This document shows positions 9,645 through 18,961 of a stretch of 64,000 nucleotides of DNA, piece after piece. A program made the translations under genes and the position numbers. Under the pieces are notes generated by a model. That model searched no databases. It worked only from the letters and a program-made list of their open reading frames with translations, and was not told where the DNA came from. Position 1 is the stretch's first letter. Every line of letters begins with the position of its first letter. The stretch lies in IMG/VR virus record IMGVR_UViG_3300042386_001233, positions 179,822 to 243,821 of that record; one strand, 5' to 3'.

Positions 9645-9730
9645 GTTAACCCCGCCCCGCCTACTCTGTCGGCAATTAGCCTAGTTGATCTACGCACTAA
9701 GCGTAAACATTCGACGGGAACAGGGTTAAC
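9645..9730 (-). ncRNA. candidate structured intergenic RNA, unclassified
   Basis: closing stem GUUAACCC/GGGUUAAC and inner GUUUACGC/GCGUAGAU with G-U pairs. Confidence 0.35.
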
Positions 9731-9739
9731 ATTTTTATG

Positions 9740-9958
9740 TTATTCTAGTCCTAGTTCTTGATCAAGTTGGCTCAATTTATTTAGTGCTTGTAGTCGCTGA
9801 TAGTTCAAACCCGCCGCAAATCCACATTGGAAATAATAAAAATCATTAGGAGTTCCTTCATGATCTCCCTCTAGCCATACTTCTTCTGCTAATTGTTTGG
9901 CTTGGTCATAGCCAGACTGAATACTTTCTTTTTGTTTTTGTTGCCAAGTTTTTTTCAT
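9740..9958 (-). CDS. hypothetical protein
   Basis: co-oriented ORF. Confidence 0.6.
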   Translation of the reverse strand: MKKTWQQKQKESIQSGYDQAKQLAEEVWLEGDHEGTPNDFYYFQCGFAAGLNYQRLQALNKLSQLDQELGLE

Positions 9959-10215
9959 TTTTTCTCCAGTTCATTTACTCTGTCTTGTAATCCTTGATAG
10001 TCAATCATGGGTTTATTACAACCCTCCAGCATATTCTGAATCTCAGTTTTCAACTCATCAACAGTTTCACACATAAATACAGGCATAGAGCGAATATAAG
10101 TAATATCCCCATTCTCGCCAACAAATACTTTTTTAATCCCAAAAACTATCTTAGGATCATAGCGAAGATGCTTATGTGTTTGTATTTCTTTGCTAATTCG
10201 GTATTCCCAGCCCAT
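9955..10215 (-). CDS. hypothetical protein
   Basis: similar to 5244-5465. Confidence 0.6.
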   Translation of the reverse strand: MGWEYRISKEIQTHKHLRYDPKIVFGIKKVFVGENGDITYIRSMPVFMCETVDELKTEIQNMLEGCNKPMIDYQGLQDRVNELEKK

Positions 10216-10415
10216 TATTTTGTCCTTTTAGGAGACTTTTTAGATTTCACAGTAGATTTATTTTGTTCATTTATTTCTGGAAGATTCAACTCATCGAACT
10301 GTGCTGATTTAATAGCATCTAACATCTTATTCAGATTTTGTAGTCTTGTGACCAATTCCTCCCCAACATTAATTTGTTCGTTAGAACTCATATCATTTTT
10401 TCCAGAGTTTCTTGG

Positions 10416-10622
10416 CTATTCATGAGTCACCACAATCTTCACACCATCAAATTCATGACGATCACAAGAATCATACATTCCACATGAATATGGTTTATTG
10501 ATAACGACAAAATCAAAATTAAAATCTCCGCTCAACTTATGCTCTTTAGTCAAATGATCAAAAAGAATAGTTTGAACATCTTGGACACTGAGAACAATTT
10601 CTTTCTTGTTTTGAATTTTCAT
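10416..10622 (-). CDS. hypothetical protein
   Basis: co-oriented ORF. Confidence 0.6.
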   Translation of the reverse strand: MKIQNKKEIVLSVQDVQTILFDHLTKEHKLSGDFNFDFVVINKPYSCGMYDSCDRHEFDGVKIVVTHE

Positions 10623-10807
10623 AATAGATAGTATTCTTTAAGAGTTTGATATAGATTGTTGACTTGATTTTCGTCCACTCTGAGTTCAGTAGGGTCACTA
10701 CTATTATAGCTAAAAACCCTGATCAAGTAAGGTTTATTCTTCAAAAGTTCATTGTAATGAATCTCAACAATATCATATTCAAGAATCAAAGTTCTTAATA
10801 GAGTCAT
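10619..10807 (-). CDS. hypothetical protein
   Basis: co-oriented ORF. Confidence 0.55.
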   Translation of the reverse strand: MTLLRTLILEYDIVEIHYNELLKNKPYLIRVFSYNSSDPTELRVDENQVNNLYQTLKEYYLL

Positions 10808-11018
10808 TATTATTTTTACTTAAATTCCTAAGACACTCACTATCTTGTTTCATAATCTCTCTAGCAATTTCCATTTGCTTGTTATTATTTGTTCTTTCTA
10901 ATAGATTGCGTAGGGGCATCATCTTGACAAAATCTCTGTCGAGGACGGGTAACGACAAACACCACTCAATCGCCTCAATTTCTTCGTTAGTCAAAGTTAT
11001 TGGTTCTTGTTTAGTCAT
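10779..11018 (-). CDS. hypothetical protein
   Basis: co-oriented ORF. Confidence 0.55.
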   Translation of the reverse strand: MTKQEPITLTNEEIEAIEWCLSLPVLDRDFVKMMPLRNLLERTNNNKQMEIAREIMKQDSECLRNLSKNNNDSIKNFDS

Positions 11019-11087
11019 AATATATGAGCATTTGTGTGTGTTTTATGATATCAAGTGATAATATGTTATCGTTTGCAAGACAAAGTG

Positions 11088-11116
11088 AGTATACCATAGG
11101 TATCGGATGTTGTCAA
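11088..11116 (-). promoter_or_regulatory. sigma70-type promoter TTGACA-17-TATACT
   Basis: direct match; CGATA in spacer. Confidence 0.65.
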
Positions 11117-11316
11117 GACTCACTTGAATCAAAATCTAATAGGTCGGGGTTAATAAGGTCAATCATATAGTCTTTTGTAGCAGCCAACATAATTTCATCA
11201 CCCACATCAACTAGAAGATCACTAAGATCAGATATAATTAGATCAACCAGATTATGAACTGCCGCAAAATCATTACGATCAAGATTTTTCAGTTCTTTTT
11301 TTATATTAATTTGCAC
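11113..11316 (-). CDS. hypothetical protein
   Basis: co-oriented ORF. Confidence 0.55.
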   Translation of the reverse strand: MQINIKKELKNLDRNDFAAVHNLVDLIISDLSDLLVDVGDEIMLAATKDYMIDLINPDLLDFDSSES

Positions 11317-11537
11317 TAAAACATCCTTTTAATTTCTAGTGGCTTATTTTCGATAATCTCAATAAGAACATTAGTAGATTGATTCACAGCATAAATGAAG
11401 GATGCCATAGCAGGGTCATCGACTTTGTGTTTGGCAAATACTCTACATAGTTCTTTCATCTCTTTTAGTAAAGTAAGACAATCCTCTTTATTATCTTCAC
11501 TAGTCATTAAAACAACTCCCCATATCCATTCCACCAA
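11316..11537 (-). CDS. hypothetical protein
   Basis: co-oriented ORF; start uncertain. Confidence 0.5.
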   Translation of the reverse strand: MVEWIWGVVLMTSEDNKEDCLTLLKEMKELCRVFAKHKVDDPAMASFIYAVNQSTNVLIEIIENKPLEIKRMF

Positions 11538-11595
11538 TCATAAATTCGTATACAAGCCATATATCCTAGTATACCAAATAATACAAGTCCAGCCA

Positions 11596-11805
11596 TTATT
11601 TATTCTCCTTGTCTCTCCACAAAGGATAATCATTTTCATTTTTAGCCAATTTGTTCGCTAAATTCACTATCTCTCTTTCGCTCCAACCGCTAAAATGCCC
11701 TCTCATATGTATTTGGGTCAATTCATTACTACGAGTATTCTCATAATATTTCTGGACTGCTTCTATCCAAGCTTTAGTTGCTAGTTGTAGCGGATTTTCG
11801 GTCAT
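11596..11805 (-). CDS. hypothetical protein
   Basis: co-oriented ORF with RBS. Confidence 0.6.
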   Translation of the reverse strand: MTENPLQLATKAWIEAVQKYYENTRSNELTQIHMRGHFSGWSEREIVNLANKLAKNENDYPLWRDKENK

Positions 11806-12021
11806 TATTTATTCTCCAAAACTTCTTTCAAAAGATTAACAGCAGTCTCAAGCCACAAATCATAATCAGCCATATTAAAATCATTCTCAGTATTATCATA
11901 ATCTACAATAAAGTTCCTGATATTACTTTTCAGTTTATCGTTCATGGGTTGTCCTCCAAATTAGGTGTATTATATGATGTTGAGGGTGTGGTCAGACACT
12001 TTTGACACTACAATACAAACG

Positions 12022-12050
12022 ATTATACTCGACGCCCAAGCTGTTGTCAA
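12022..12050 (-). promoter_or_regulatory. sigma70-type promoter TTGACA-17-TATAAT
   Basis: perfect consensus. Confidence 0.75.
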
Positions 12051-12094
12051 CTGACCTTGACTCTGCTTGGGTTGTTGTTTTAATAGGCTAATTT

Positions 12095-12784
12095 ATGGAC
12101 ACTAAATTTTGTAATAAATGTAAAGAAGAAAAACCTTTTACTTGTTTTCATAAGAAAAAAAGGCCGAATAATGAAAATGGATTAGCTCATGCCTGTAAAA
12201 TATGTTTAAACAAATACTACAAAGAATATCACTTAAATAACAAAGAAAAAAGAAAGGAAAAATCTAAAACATGGTATTTGAATAATAAAGACAAGTTAAT
12301 AGAAATGAATAAAACATATCATTCAAATAATAGAGACAAAAGATTACAAAAACAGAAAGAATACTACTTAATTAATAGAGAAAAAATTATTGAACAAAAT
12401 AAAATTTATGCCACAAATAATAGAGACAAAATTAATAAAAGGACTATTGAGAATTGTCGTAAAAACCCATTGCTTAAATTAAAGAAATCACTCAGAGGTA
12501 GATTGTATCAAGCCTTAGCTCATGGACTAAAATCTGAGTCGTCTATTGAATTGGTAGGATGTTCTATTGAGAAATTAAAACTGCATTTAGAGTCTCAATT
12601 TAAAGAAGGTATGAGTTGGGAAAACTGGTCATTTAAAGGATGGCACGTTGACCATATTCGCCCAATATCATCTTTCGATTTCTCTGATCCTGAGCAAGTT
12701 AAACAATGCTTCAATTACTCAAATCTTCAGCCATTATGGGCCAAAGATAATTTGTTAAAAGGAAGCAAATTCATTTCTGATTGA
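12095..12784 (+). CDS. HNH-type homing endonuclease
   Basis: GWHVDHIRP..FD......CFNYSNLQPLWAKDNLLKGSK C-terminal HNH; isolated antisense gene. Confidence 0.8.
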   Translation: MDTKFCNKCKEEKPFTCFHKKKRPNNENGLAHACKICLNKYYKEYHLNNKEKRKEKSKTWYLNNKDKLIEMNKTYHSNNRDKRLQKQKEYYLINREKIIEQNKIYATNNRDKINKRTIENCRKNPLLKLKKSLRGRLYQALAHGLKSESSIELVGCSIEKLKLHLESQFKEGMSWENWSFKGWHVDHIRPISSFDFSDPEQVKQCFNYSNLQPLWAKDNLLKGSKFISD

Positions 12785-12802
12785 TTTGTTTTTGATTTGG
12801 GT

Positions 12803-12988
12803 TTACTTACCACTAAAAGCTATTTGATTACTCCCTTTACGGGCATTAATCCCACAGATATGACGTAGCATAATGTGAGCATTATTGATTTCAAAGCCCG
12901 GTTTGTCCTTCTTTTGGTCAATATAATATTGGATCATAGAGGCTAAAAGATCTAGTTCACTGTTGGTTAATTGAATCTGTTTATACAT
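12803..12988 (-). CDS. hypothetical protein
   Basis: ORF after promoter at 13046-13074. Confidence 0.55.
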   Translation of the reverse strand: MYKQIQLTNSELDLLASMIQYYIDQKKDKPGFEINNAHIMLRHICGINARKGSNQIAFSGK

Positions 12989-13045
12989 CCTAAAACCTCA
13001 AATTTCCCCTGCATTATTACTTTTACTACCCGTATCCACCATAGC

Positions 13046-13074
13046 AGTATATCACAAAGAATCGCTTTCGTCAA
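13046..13074 (-). promoter_or_regulatory. sigma70-type promoter TTGACG-17-TATACT
   Basis: direct match. Confidence 0.6.
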
Positions 13075-13091
13075 GTATCGACATAGGGGGC

Positions 13092-13120
13092 TTGACAACT
13101 TTATTCAAATCCTGTACAAT
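13092..13120 (+). promoter_or_regulatory. sigma70-type promoter TTGACA-17-TACAAT (divergent, no ORF downstream)
   Basis: direct match. Confidence 0.55.
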
Positions 13121-13216
13121 TAGCCTGTTATCCCACAAATTTCACCACGGGATAAGATAATAAGTGGATTTTAATACTTTTAGCCGATAAATAGGTGATA
13201 TTAGCTAAGAACAACC

Positions 13217-13393
13217 TCACTTGAGCGTACTCTGGGATTGTTCAGATGTATAAGTTGATGATTGTTGGGGTACTGATAATGATTTTGTAAGATAATAATG
13301 TACAGAAACCATAGAAACTATAGTAACTAGAGCCACAAAAACTAGATTCTTAATGAAAGGAACGTGAAATTCTTCAAATTTTGATTTACTCAT
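13217..13393 (-). CDS. small membrane protein, 58 aa
   Basis: hand-translated MSKSKFEEFHVPFIKNLVFVALVTIVSMVSV... Confidence 0.55.
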   Translation of the reverse strand: MSKSKFEEFHVPFIKNLVFVALVTIVSMVSVHYYLTKSLSVPQQSSTYTSEQSQSTLK

Positions 13394-13500
13394 AATTATC
13401 GTCCTTATTGAAAAGATACTCTAAATAGTCTATCAAAAACGAATGAATTGTGATGCAGGCAAGAATTATCCATGCTCCGTGTAAAATAAGGGGATCATTC

Positions 13501-13692
13501 TCAATCATTTAAAGCTCTCAGTATTCTGTAAAAGATGGCCGATAGGGCTAAGAGTAGTATGAGGATTATGAATATTCTGGTAGGATCATCATGAATGAAT
13601 GTGGGGCAAATTGGTCTTTTAACAATATTAGTTACCTGAGCTATCATTGTCGTCTTTCCTTGATAGATAGGAGACAAAATATAAACTCCCAA
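13501..13692 (-). CDS. small membrane protein
   Basis: C-terminal hydrophobic helix; start uncertain. Confidence 0.5.
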   Translation of the reverse strand: MGVYILSPIYQGKTTMIAQVTNIVKRPICPTFIHDDPTRIFIILILLLALSAIFYRILRALND

Positions 13693-13754
13693 AATATACT
13701 GCTGATTCTACTAGGATCAAGGATATCATAAAGAATCCTAAGATACGGAATATC

Positions 13755-13922
13755 TCATTCATAACCAAAAACTTTCTTAATTAAGCCCAGAAAATATTCT
13801 GATTTAGTTTCAGTCTTTGGTTCAACCTGCTCAATTTTGTCACAACTTTTCGGAGCACAATTCTTTTTACAAACTTTCTTAGAGCAGGCTTTCTTTTTAG
13901 GACTAGATTTCTTTTTTGCCAT
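13755..13922 (-). CDS. small Lys/Cys-rich basic protein
   Basis: MAKKKSSPKKKACSKKVCKK; start directly after repeat B1. Confidence 0.55.
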   Translation of the reverse strand: MAKKKSSPKKKACSKKVCKKNCAPKSCDKIEQVEPKTETKSEYFLGLIKKVFGYE

Positions 13923-13932
13923 AGTACAAATC

Positions 13933-13980
13933 CTCGCTGACTGTTTCCATAAATTCCAAATCGGAAGTTTTAGGTGAGAC
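13933..13980. repeat. 48-bp repeat family B, copy 1
   Basis: YTCGCTGACT...CAAATC...TTAG..GA.AC, gap-free alignment. Confidence 0.8.
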
Positions 13981-14036
13981 ACATAAGCTATATATCTCAA
14001 GAGTATTATAAAGAGGCCAGACTACTCTATCAAGAT

Positions 14037-14225
14037 TTATTCAGTCTTAAATTCCAACTTGGGTATCAGACTATCAGTATCAGCGGACACTTTCTTAATG
14101 TCGATAACTATTAGAGTATCAGACATGTCAGGACTATTTTGTTGATATTTTAGTATGGCCTGATGAATCTTTTGACAAATATGCTCACAATTCATCTGAG
14201 ATTCTATTTTAATGGTTGTTATCAT
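14037..14225 (-). CDS. hypothetical protein
   Basis: start directly after repeat B2. Confidence 0.6.
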   Translation of the reverse strand: MITTIKIESQMNCEHICQKIHQAILKYQQNSPDMSDTLIVIDIKKVSADTDSLIPKLEFKTE

Positions 14226-14232
14226 ACTAAAG

Positions 14233-14280
14233 TTCGCTGACTATATCCATAAAATCCAAACCGACTTTATTAGCTGATAC
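14233..14280. repeat. 48-bp repeat family B, copy 2
   Basis: gap-free alignment to family. Confidence 0.8.
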
Positions 14281-14296
14281 AATTGAGACTATTAAA

Positions 14297-14368
14297 AGCA
14301 AGAGAAGAGACTCGAACTCTCAACATTCAGGTTGGAAACCTAACGCTCTACCATTGAGCTACTCTTGC
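14297..14368 (-). tRNA. tRNA-Gly(TCC)
   Basis: cloverleaf, TTAGG-TTTCCAA-CCTGA anticodon arm, TTCGAGT T-loop. Confidence 0.9.
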
Positions 14369-14377
14369 CTGAAGATA

Positions 14378-14722
14378 TTATCTCCAAGACCTTACTCTAT
14401 ACCATTTACCATTCTTACCTTGTGCTGACGCATCTCCTGTTAGTCTCATATTGTTACCTGGAGTACAAGTGTTACAATTGGGAGACGAACCATAACCAAC
14501 TCCTTCAAAGCTACCAATAACACCCCACACATGACCAGTAATGTTATTAGCTGCCATATGATTAGCTTCGGCCTGACAACGTTCCTGATCATTATTTCCA
14601 ACATAGTTTTTTGTATAACTTTCTACCCGATAAGTTGGCTGACTATAATACTTTGGTCGAGCCGCCTCTGCGGTAAAAGTAGTGACAAAAACTAGAGCAA
14701 TTGCAATCATAAAAATCTTCAT
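14378..14722 (-). CDS. secreted CAP/SCP-like Cys-containing protein
   Basis: signal peptide ending AEA; FEGVG, CxxC. Confidence 0.55.
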   Translation of the reverse strand: MKIFMIAIALVFVTTFTAEAARPKYYSQPTYRVESYTKNYVGNNDQERCQAEANHMAANNITGHVWGVIGSFEGVGYGSSPNCNTCTPGNNMRLTGDASAQGKNGKWYRVRSWR

Positions 14723-14753
14723 AAGTTCCTCCGTGAAAGTAATAAGTCTATTT

Positions 14754-14782
14754 AAGAAAAGACCCCCGAGTTTATTCGGGGG
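14754..14782 (-). terminator. intrinsic terminator
   Basis: CCCCCGA-ATAAAC-TCGGGGG then TCTTTTCTT. Confidence 0.7.
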
Positions 14783-14848
14783 AATTCTCTAATGATCTAT
14801 AATCAAACAAATCTGTCCTATGATCCTTTTGATTATCGACCATGAATA

Positions 14849-15064
14849 TTAACGAACAACACTGCGAACGCGAGCTACAGTTCTTCGACCAACATTACGG
14901 GTAGCCTCAACTGTTCGGCGTGTTACTTCTACTGGGACTGAAATAACTTCCCTAGTAACATTGACAACTCGACTTCGTAGTGTACAATTGCCACTAGCAC
15001 ACTCACCAGCATAGGTTGACGAACCAAGAACCATAAGAGCAAACACAAGAACAAACTTAATCAT
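14849..15064 (-). CDS. small secreted protein
   Basis: signal peptide, CASGNC, Arg/Val-rich tail. Confidence 0.6.
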   Translation of the reverse strand: MIKFVLVFALMVLGSSTYAGECASGNCTLRSRVVNVTREVISVPVEVTRRTVEATRNVGRRTVARVRSVVR

Positions 15065-15182
15065 AAACTTTCTCCTGTTGAAGTAATGTCGCGTCCCTGC
15101 GACTGTCATTTATGTTATAGTAAGTTCGGGGGATATGTGGTCAAGTTGCAGCCTATTACCATTTTTTAACTGACCCTCTAAT

Positions 15183-15230
15183 CTCGCTGACTATCACCAA
15201 CAAAACCAAATCCGGAGGATTAGCCGAGAC
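15183..15230. repeat. 48-bp repeat family B, copy 3
   Basis: gap-free alignment to family. Confidence 0.8.
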
Positions 15231-15388
15231 TAACCCTACCGGATTAAAATAACATCAAATTACTATTGTTTACTATTTAATAGTTGGAGGAGAACAATGG
15301 CATGAGTAATAATATAAAGATACTAATGCTAACAATGTTACTATTATTCCAACGCTCCAATAAACTAATGTATAATTCATAAAGCACC

Positions 15389-15640
15389 TCATTTGTTAAT
15401 TGTAAAAGTTTCTGTATCTGCCTTATCAGTTTTACTAATTTTACTCTTGCGAGTCATTTTAGTAATACGTCCACGACGATCATCATGAGAAGATTCTAAG
15501 AAACATTTATCTTCATGGTTGTCATGAAAACCCTTGAATCTCCAGTCATAACTTTTGATAATATCTTCTGGCTTAGTAGAGTGATCATATATTTCACCCT
15601 CTACCTCAAAAGAAATTATTCTATGAAAAGTTTTAGGCAT
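15389..15640 (-). CDS. hypothetical protein
   Basis: ORF with RBS. Confidence 0.6.
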   Translation of the reverse strand: MPKTFHRIISFEVEGEIYDHSTKPEDIIKSYDWRFKGFHDNHEDKCFLESSHDDRRGRITKMTRKSKISKTDKADTETFTINK

Positions 15641-15887
15641 GATAATGCTCCTCTTCTGTGAGAGTAGCAGGCCCATTAAAATCTTCCCAATTTTCCACCA
15701 GAACTTCTGGCGCTTCTTTCCGTATCTCAGATTCTAAGGCATAATTAGATTCTTTGTCTTTCTCATGCTGAAGATAGTCTCTTAACCTATCTTTGATCTG
15801 CATGAAATCTAATTCACCCAAGATCTGGTCAATATACTTTCTCTGAATTTCCTTACGATTACTTTCACCGATATATCTAGCACGCAT
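15633..15887 (-). CDS. hypothetical protein
   Basis: resembles 17068-17274. Confidence 0.6.
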   Translation of the reverse strand: MRARYIGESNRKEIQRKYIDQILGELDFMQIKDRLRDYLQHEKDKESNYALESEIRKEAPEVLVENWEDFNGPATLTEEEHYHA

Positions 15888-16060
15888 AAATCACCTCATG
15901 GTTTAAAAGTTAAAAACACTTTTGCCCATGATTCCCTTAGTCCCGCATTTGTCTCACCATATGCTTGACTATTGGCTCCGTTGACTCCTGTATTATACCA
16001 TGATGGGGTGGTGCATGGAAATGTTATTTCTTATTTGTATTTTTTAACTGACCCCCATTG

Positions 16061-16108
16061 TTCGCTGACTATCGCCACGGTCGCCAAATCTGAAAGATTA
16101 GATGATAC
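16061..16108. repeat. 48-bp repeat family B, copy 4
   Basis: gap-free alignment; shares TTTTTAACTGACCC flank with copy 3. Confidence 0.8.
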
Positions 16109-16112
16109 AAAA

Positions 16113-16337
16113 TCAATTATCAAATAAATCATCATCAATTTGATAATCATCAGATAAGAATTGTGTCGGACTAGATTCTGGTTCTGTCGCTCGTTTTTTA
16201 ATGACAATTTCTTTTTCTTCCTGATTCAAGAACATATCACAAACTATACTAACAGAACCAAATAAGAAGAAGAATAGAATTCCAGAAATTATGTAATATC
16301 CAGCCATAAGATCATTCATAAGATTAAGCATCACCAA
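16113..16337 (-). CDS. small membrane protein
   Basis: hydrophobic helix, acidic tail. Confidence 0.55.
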   Translation of the reverse strand: MVMLNLMNDLMAGYYIISGILFFFLFGSVSIVCDMFLNQEEKEIVIKKRATEPESSPTQFLSDDYQIDDDLFDN

Positions 16338-16692
16338 TAGTACAACGTGTTGAAGTAGTTATTATTTTCTCGTGAGGAGAATTGACAGAGTATATCGATG
16401 TGCAAATAAGTTAATAACTAACCTTGGATTTGACAGTAACCAGAGACAAGACCCATACAAACACCAAATACAAGGCAAACTTCTAGCATATAATCTCCCA
16501 AAGTTAGAGGATAGAACAACCACAAAATATTCCACCAATAGCAACAAGCTAGCTGGGGAAAAGAACTTGACAGATACCCTGAATTGGATTATATATTATG
16601 CAGGTGCGGAGGTGATATATACTATACATACTAATAACACCAACCTTGCCCTTCCCTGCCACAGTCCTAGTATACCATATCGTCACGTTGCA

Positions 16693-16721
16693 CACAAACC
16701 CTTGAGGACAGATAACTTACA
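16693..16721. repeat. solo 29-bp family A site
   Basis: CACAA-N19-TTACA. Confidence 0.4.
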
Positions 16722-17067
16722 AACGTAACCGGACTCTCACCACCGTTTACTATTCTTTGACAACCTCCTTTAGTTTTTTAGTAATATTGTCGAACGTTTT
16801 ATGAACTGCGCCCGTAACAGTATAGTCTTTCATATATGCCTTGATAGCATCTATTAGTTTCCAAGCTTCTTGTTTACTAATATCAATTTCCATTAGTTCT
16901 CCACATAAGAGTTGTCAAAACTTTGAAATAGACCAGAAACATCTTCTTCAGAGTAAGGTCAGACAGAAGGAAGTCCAAAAGCTTTTCTATTTTTAATAGT
17001 TTCGCTCATATGTTCCAGAGCATCCAAGATTATTTCCATATCATGTTTTTCGATATAATAATTCATA

Positions 17068-17274
17068 TTAGTTCTCCAGAATATCAGGGTAGTAGTCAGA
17101 GATTTGATCTTCCAACATTTTATTAGTCAAACCCTCTTTATTATCTCTCAACATATCATAAGCAAAAGTCCACAGAGTATTAAAGTCCATGTCATCCAAA
17201 AGTCTGTGACAATAGATGTTAGTAATATCCTGTCGATTTTCATCAGTTACAATAATTTTTTCTTTCTGCATCAC
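17068..17274 (-). CDS. hypothetical protein
   Basis: resembles 15633-15887. Confidence 0.6.
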   Translation of the reverse strand: MMQKEKIIVTDENRQDITNIYCHRLLDDMDFNTLWTFAYDMLRDNKEGLTNKMLEDQISDYYPDILEN

Positions 17275-17416
17275 AAAGGGCTCCCGGTTTTTGCCTGACT
17301 ATAAGACTATATAACAAAATCTAACTAACTTTATCTATTGAGAATAAATCTCAACTATTAGTCGCTTTGTTACTATCGTTGTTACACTGTTCAGTATACC
17401 ACACTCTGCAACTTGA

Positions 17417-17445
17417 CGCAACTGGTTGAAACATAAGAACTTAGG
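17417..17445. repeat. solo 29-bp family A site
   Basis: CGCAA-N19-TTAGG with ATAAGAAC right arm. Confidence 0.45.
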
Positions 17446-17476
17446 AACAGAGTAGCTTGTTACTATTGACATAATT

Positions 17477-17524
17477 CTCGCTGACTAACAGCAACGGCAG
17501 CAAATCCGCTGGATTAGGCGAGAC
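17477..17524. repeat. 48-bp repeat family B, copy 5
   Basis: gap-free alignment to family. Confidence 0.8.
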
Positions 17525-17568
17525 AAATGAATATAATCCTATCTTTACATTATTCATTATTATTTTAA

Positions 17569-17597
17569 CCTAACCCTTTGCCCAGTAACCACTTACG
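17569..17597. repeat. solo 29-bp family A site
   Basis: CCTAA-N19-TTACG. Confidence 0.45.
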
Positions 17598-17668
17598 TCC
17601 ACATACAGTATATCGTCATCGTAACCCATTGCCAACAGCCAACTTATGAGATTCTTTTACTAAATTGA

Positions 17669-17750
17669 CGCAAGTCGTTGGTATCAAATAACTTAGAGAA
17701 ATTTCGGGCGCCCCGGCTTGTCGTAAGTCCTTTGAGCATAAGGGTTTGCG
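17669..17750. repeat. 82-bp paired-palindrome element A1
   Basis: 29+24+29 geometry. Confidence 0.9.
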
Positions 17751-17766
17751 TCAAGTGATCTAGACA

Positions 17767-17803
17767 CAAAAAAGAACCGCCACCCATTGCTGAGTGGCGG
17801 CTC
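17767..17803 (-). terminator. intrinsic terminator after DUF932 gene
   Basis: GCCGCCAC/GTGGCGGT stem then TCTTTTTT. Confidence 0.75.
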
Positions 17804-17828
17804 CCGTGTCAACCCCTATTGCGAGGGA

Positions 17829-18779
17829 TTAGAGTGCTTGAGCGAACTGCATGGCCTTTTCCAGAGCCTTGGTGTTGTCGTTCGCGTTCAGTCCGAACCA
17901 CAGGCTGTCGAGCCGATTATCTTCGGTGCGACCCTTATTGTAATTCAGATACTCGTTGTAGCCGTTATACGCGGCCCACCACGTTCCACGCACACCCGTT
18001 GCACTCTGTTTCGGGCCTTCGACCAGAGCCAGAATCTCGTCCATAATGTTACGGGTGCGAGTCTTGATCTGATCGTCCGGCGTACCGTCAATGTCGAGCA
18101 TCACCTTGACATAGCGACGAACGTCGGCCTGATTGAAGTTCTTCGACGCGAGGAACTTGAACTGTTCCGCAGTCGCCTCAAACTCCATGTTGATATTGTC
18201 CATAATATCTCGCACATTTTCCAGATTGGTCTTGCTGGAACGTGTGTGACGAATACGGATCAACTTGGAACCACTAGCCTTGCTATGGGCCATCGCCATA
18301 GTGTTAGCACACACAACGCGGATCGGCGTGTAGCCAACCCGGATAGCGGTCGTGCCATCGTGCGAGTTGCTGAGAAGAATGAACTTCCCAACCTCGTCAC
18401 CCTTCACGATCTCGCTGTTGTCGCGGTTCAGTTGGGCCAGAACCCAAACTTTCTGACCGCTGTGGAGCGAACCGGCAGTATGCAATGCACACTCGCCAGC
18501 GTCCAGAAACGGCTGGAACCAATCGAACGCCTCGCTGTTTTGTAGCGGGGTGTATCGCGGGCCGACAACGCCCAAAATGCTGTCATCGGTCTTGCGATAG
18601 GTCGCACGGGCCGGAACGGGTTGCCCGTCCACCGTGACCAAATCCTTCAGACCAACTTCCCAATCCAAACCGGCGGCAGTCATCGCCTCCGAAACCGTGG
18701 GAGCCTCGTCGAGCTTATTGCCCAGACCGTGCCACGGGGTCGCACCAACAAACATCATCTGTTCAACTGCATGAGCCAT
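17829..18779 (-). CDS. DUF932 family protein (phage/plasmid-like TIGR03299 type)
   Basis: PWHGLG, YTPLQNSEAF, TAGSL..G.KVW, NSHDG, TPIRVVCANT motifs. Confidence 0.85.
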   Translation of the reverse strand: MAHAVEQMMFVGATPWHGLGNKLDEAPTVSEAMTAAGLDWEVGLKDLVTVDGQPVPARATYRKTDDSILGVVGPRYTPLQNSEAFDWFQPFLDAGECALHTAGSLHSGQKVWVLAQLNRDNSEIVKGDEVGKFILLSNSHDGTTAIRVGYTPIRVVCANTMAMAHSKASGSKLIRIRHTRSSKTNLENVRDIMDNINMEFEATAEQFKFLASKNFNQADVRRYVKVMLDIDGTPDDQIKTRTRNIMDEILALVEGPKQSATGVRGTWWAAYNGYNEYLNYNKGRTEDNRLDSLWFGLNANDNTKALEKAMQFAQAL

Positions 18780-18822
18780 AATCATCCCTTTCGTGTTGCT
18801 GTTCAATCGTTCTTATGCACTG

Positions 18823-18851
18823 ATTCTACACTATATTATCGGCAGTGTCAA
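18823..18851 (-). promoter_or_regulatory. sigma70-type promoter TTGACA-17-TAGAAT
   Basis: direct match; CGATA in spacer. Confidence 0.75.
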
Positions 18852-18879
18852 GCGAAAACTTTGGAAAAATTCCGCAGGT

Positions 18880-18961
18880 CGTAAGTGGTTGGCAGATAAG
18901 GACTTACGGCGACCGGGGCCGCCCCGCCTTGTCCTAAGTCTTTGGCTGGTAAGGGTTTAGG
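18880..18961. repeat. 82-bp element A2
   Basis: 29+24+29; supplies TAG stop of PRTase gene. Confidence 0.9.

Noticed and set aside
16567-16597. Plus-strand promoter TTGACA at 16567
   Set aside because: No -10 with the conserved final T at 16-18 bp spacing except weak variants
17787-18545. 252-aa plus-strand ORF and other antisense ORFs (e.g. 31282-31965, 34347-34754, 28187-28495, 56507-57025)
   Set aside because: Shadow frames opposite well-supported genes or spanning repeats, with no RBS or motifs
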